Shown here one piece after another: positions 61,124 to 64,000 of a stretch of DNA of 64,000 bases (its first letter is position 1; each line of letters begins with the position of its first letter). The position numbers and the translations under genes are program-made. The notes under the pieces are model-generated. The model ran no database searches, was not told where the DNA came from, and saw only the letters and a program-made list of their open reading frames with translations. This DNA comes from an uncultured Planctomycetota bacterium (GTDB lineage Bacteria > Planctomycetota > Planctomycetia > Isosphaerales > Isosphaeraceae): positions 1 to 64,000 of the forward strand of contig CAWJTV010000024.1 of the NCBI GenBank assembly GCA_963845755.1, given 5' to 3'.

Positions 61124-61340
61124 TTCAGGCTACTCCGGCGGCATGGGGCGGAGAAGGCCCAGATGCCCGGGAAATTGTGGCTCCCGGCCTGTCGGGGCCC
61201 GTGAGGGCACACGAGGTCGGATCGCGCCTTTCCACGCGGAAGACGCACTAGCCCCGGTCCCGTCGAAGTGAGCGGAGCCGCCCCGCGGCCGATCTCTACT
61301 GCCGGCCGCTGCCCATCACTATTGCCGGGATGTTTTCCTC

Positions 61341-62840
61341 ATGATCAGCACAAAATGGGTCCGCGTCGCCTCGCTATTCCTCGCATGGAACGGCGTCGCG
61401 ATCGTCGTCGCGGCCCGTGGGGCGGACAAGCCGAACATCGTTTTCATCATGGCCGATGACCTCGGCAATGCCGACCTCGGCTATCGCGGCGCCGAGATCA
61501 AGACGCCGAACATCGACAAGCTGGCCACGACAGGAGTCCGTTGCGAGTCCTTCTACGGCATGCCGGTGTGCACCCCCTCGCGGGCCGCGCTGATGACGGG
61601 CCGTTACCCGATCCGTCACGGGCTCCAGACACTCGTGATCTTCCCGAGCCACGGCTACGGTTTGCCGACCGATGAGCGCACCCTGCCCCAAGCCCTGAAG
61701 GCGGCCGGCTACCAGACCTACATGGTCGGCAAGTGGCATCTCGGCCATGCCGACCGGAAATTCTGGCCGCAGAACCGCGGCTTCGACCACTTCTACGGTA
61801 ACCTCGTCGGCGAGGTGGATTACTTCACCAAGGAGCGCGGCGGCCTGATCGACTGGCAGCGCAACGGCGAGTTCCTCAAGGAGGACGGGTACTTCACAAC
61901 CCTCATCGGCAATGAAGCGGTCAGGCTGATCGAGGCCCAGGACCCGGCGAAGCCGTTCTTCCTCTACTTCGCCTCGCTGGCCCCCCACGCGCCCTATCAA
62001 GTGCCCAAGGAGTACAGCGACCGTTACGCCTCCATCCAGGATGAGCAGCGGCGGGCCTACGCCGGCATGATCACGGCGCTGGACGATCAGGTCGGCCGCA
62101 TCGTCGCCGCGCTCGAAAAGAAGGGGTCGCGCCAGGACACGATGATCGTCTTCGCGAGCGACAACGGCGGAGCGACCAGCGCCCTCTTCGCCACGGGCGC
62201 GCGCTCGCCGGAAGACCGCAAGAAGAGCGGGGGCGTCGGCCTGGGAGAGAAGCCGCCCGCCTCGAACGGCCATTTCCGCGGCGGGAAGGGGTCGCTCTAC
62301 GAGGGTGGCGTGCGCGTCCCGGCGTTCGTCAACTGGCCGGGCAAGCTCAAGCCGGGTGTGGTTAATCAACCGGTCCACATGACGGACATCATGCCCACGT
62401 TGCTGGCGCTCGCCGGCGGAAAAGGGGCCGACGATCATCCGTTCGACGGCAAGGACATCTGGGCGACGCTGGCCGAAGGAAAGCACTCGGCTCACGAAGA
62501 GATCCTCGTCAACGTCGAGGCCATCCGGGGCGCCATCCGCAGGGGCGACTGGAAGCTCGTCCGGATGGCCACGTACCCGGGCAAGACGGAGCTGTACAAC
62601 CTCGCCGAGGACCCGGGAGAGAGGAACAACGTCGCCGATCAGCATCCCGAGATCGTCCGCGAGCTGGATGCTCGGCTGGTCGCCTTTGCTCGCGAGATGA
62701 AGCCGAGCGAGTGGATCAAGGCACAGCCCGCCTTCCTCGGCGCCCAGAGTTCCACCCTCTTCGATCCCGATTTCGACATCGAGGACGGCGGGCTTCCGAC
62801 CGAGAAGCCCGCCCTGCCGAAGAACGAGCCGAGGCGATGA
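61341..62840 (+). CDS. Secreted arylsulfatase (arylsulfatase B-like, Cys-type)
   Basis: KPNIVFIMADDLG, CTPSRAALMTG, GKWHLG, SDNGG, KGSLYEGGVRVP. Confidence 0.95.
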   Translation: MISTKWVRVASLFLAWNGVAIVVAARGADKPNIVFIMADDLGNADLGYRGAEIKTPNIDKLATTGVRCESFYGMPVCTPSRAALMTGRYPIRHGLQTLVIFPSHGYGLPTDERTLPQALKAAGYQTYMVGKWHLGHADRKFWPQNRGFDHFYGNLVGEVDYFTKERGGLIDWQRNGEFLKEDGYFTTLIGNEAVRLIEAQDPAKPFFLYFASLAPHAPYQVPKEYSDRYASIQDEQRRAYAGMITALDDQVGRIVAALEKKGSRQDTMIVFASDNGGATSALFATGARSPEDRKKSGGVGLGEKPPASNGHFRGGKGSLYEGGVRVPAFVNWPGKLKPGVVNQPVHMTDIMPTLLALAGGKGADDHPFDGKDIWATLAEGKHSAHEEILVNVEAIRGAIRRGDWKLVRMATYPGKTELYNLAEDPGERNNVADQHPEIVRELDARLVAFAREMKPSEWIKAQPAFLGAQSSTLFDPDFDIEDGGLPTEKPALPKNEPRR

Positions 62841-63234
62841 GGAGCATAGCGGTTTCGCCGTACTCGAGCGAATCACTCCGACCCGCTACCCGACGATCGC
62901 AAGGCCCGGTTCAGATGCACTCGACGCATCGGCATTGGTTCGAAGGCGCGATGATTGCGCCTTTCGTGCCTTTAGACGCAGGAATCGCATAGCATTCGAG
63001 AGATGCTAGGCGACCGATCGCCGCCTCCTGAACGCCACGTCTTCCCAGTTGAGCGAGACCGGTCTAGAGGATTCGGAGGATGCGGCGCGTCTCCTCGTAG
63101 CTCGGTTCCAGCTCCAATTAGTCAGAAAGGGTAGACGCTATCTCTCAGGCTGGCCCGCGACGGCGACGGGCCTGCTATCATGGGGTTGACCGGCGGGCAG
63201 GTCCGCCCGTTCCGTCGAAGGAGCTTCGGATCGC

Positions 63235-63609
63235 ATGAGCTACTACACGGACATCGAGTTCACCTTCCGCGACGGGGAACCCCCTGAGATCGAGGCGATA
63301 CTTGCCCGTGCCCGCCCCTATCTCGAATCCCACGAGCGGGGCTACTCCGTCGAGGATGTTCTGGAAGACTTGCAGCGTGGGCTCCAGGAGGAGAGGGGCG
63401 ACTTCAAGGGTATCTGGTCCGACGACATCGAGGGCCTGATGGCACATGTCTCCGCCGCCTTCCCGGGCGTCACTTTCTTCGTCCGTGGCATGGGCGAGGA
63501 GTACGCCGATATCTGGCTCCGCATGTTCAAGGATGGGGAAGTCGTCTTCCAGGTCGGCCCGTTCGAGGACGAACTCGATTCGGCCCTCAGCGACGGCGAA
63601 GACGAATAG
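63235..63609 (+). CDS. Acidic hypothetical protein
   Basis: 124-aa ORF with AAGGAG upstream and coding-like codon usage. Confidence 0.65.
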   Translation: MSYYTDIEFTFRDGEPPEIEAILARARPYLESHERGYSVEDVLEDLQRGLQEERGDFKGIWSDDIEGLMAHVSAAFPGVTFFVRGMGEEYADIWLRMFKDGEVVFQVGPFEDELDSALSDGEDE

Positions 63610-63722
63610 GGTATTCCCAATCTGACACCGGGCGGCTCCGAGGCCCTTACGCCGGTTTTCCGTTCCCTTGCGACTCACGCCCCGTGAGGCCCGGACATCC
63701 GGGAGGGCCGCGGGCAGATCCA

Positions 63723-64000
63723 TCACTTCGTCCCGGGCATCGCCGCGATCCACTGGCGCACCAGTGCCACGCTCTCCTCGTGCATCAGCCGCTTGCCCAG
63801 CTCGGGCATCATGACGCCCGGGTGAGTCGAGGCGATCCGGTAGGCGATGATGGATTGATCGGGCCGGCCGGGGACGATGTCGAACGCCCGCCCGCCCGAG
63901 CCGAGCCCGGCGGCCACGGGCACCTTGTAGACGCCGAAGCTGGTCGGGTTGCGCTGGGAAGCCAGCAGGTCGAGCCCGGAGTTGCGCGCCGGGCCTTCGG
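63723..64000 (-). CDS. 3' end of an SO2930-like c-type cytochrome gene (partial)
   Basis: EGPARNSGLDL..GVYKVPVAAG.GSGG..FDIVPG.PDQSI..YR..ST.PGVMMPELG..LMHEE.VALVRQWI. Confidence 0.7.
   Translation of the reverse strand, partial: EGPARNSGLDLLASQRNPTSFGVYKVPVAAGLGSGGRAFDIVPGRPDQSIIAYRIASTHPGVMMPELGKRLMHEESVALVRQWIAAMPGTK

Overview
GC-rich window, most likely from a planctomycete of the Isosphaeraceae type (inferred from LEPR-XLL-like secreted proteins and a TPR Ser/Thr kinase). Bases 1-7657 are a minus-strand group II intron whose RT/maturase ORF is split by three nested insertions: an IS21 element, an IS66 (ISBst12-like) element, and a 2.0-kb element encoding a large serine recombinase (LSR). 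The LSR element has perfect 25-bp terminal inverted repeats and sits exactly in the RT PQGG-I-I-SP motif, with a shared AT core. On predicted circularisation the recombinase gains a 52-codon C-terminus whose stop overlaps the ATG of the element's small ORF. This is the best candidate for an undescribed system. Next come a GT4, a Ser/Thr kinase-TPR gene, a possible GT-A-like gene and an IS5, then a ~6,900-aa surface protein (beta-helix, PKD/Ig, RTX-like repeats, metzincin motif) and a second GT4. The right half holds a DUF5009 acyltransferase, tartrate dehydrogenase, and a transposase-less Tn3-type cassette (38-bp IRs, 5-bp TSD) carrying an Rrf2 mini-regulon with two operators. It continues with an S53 peptidase, a treS-maltokinase fusion, mgtE, an anmK/TA/SSS operon, an arylsulfatase bracketed by a repeated palindrome, and the 3' end of a cytochrome c gene. 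Many single-base frameshifts probably reflect assembly errors.
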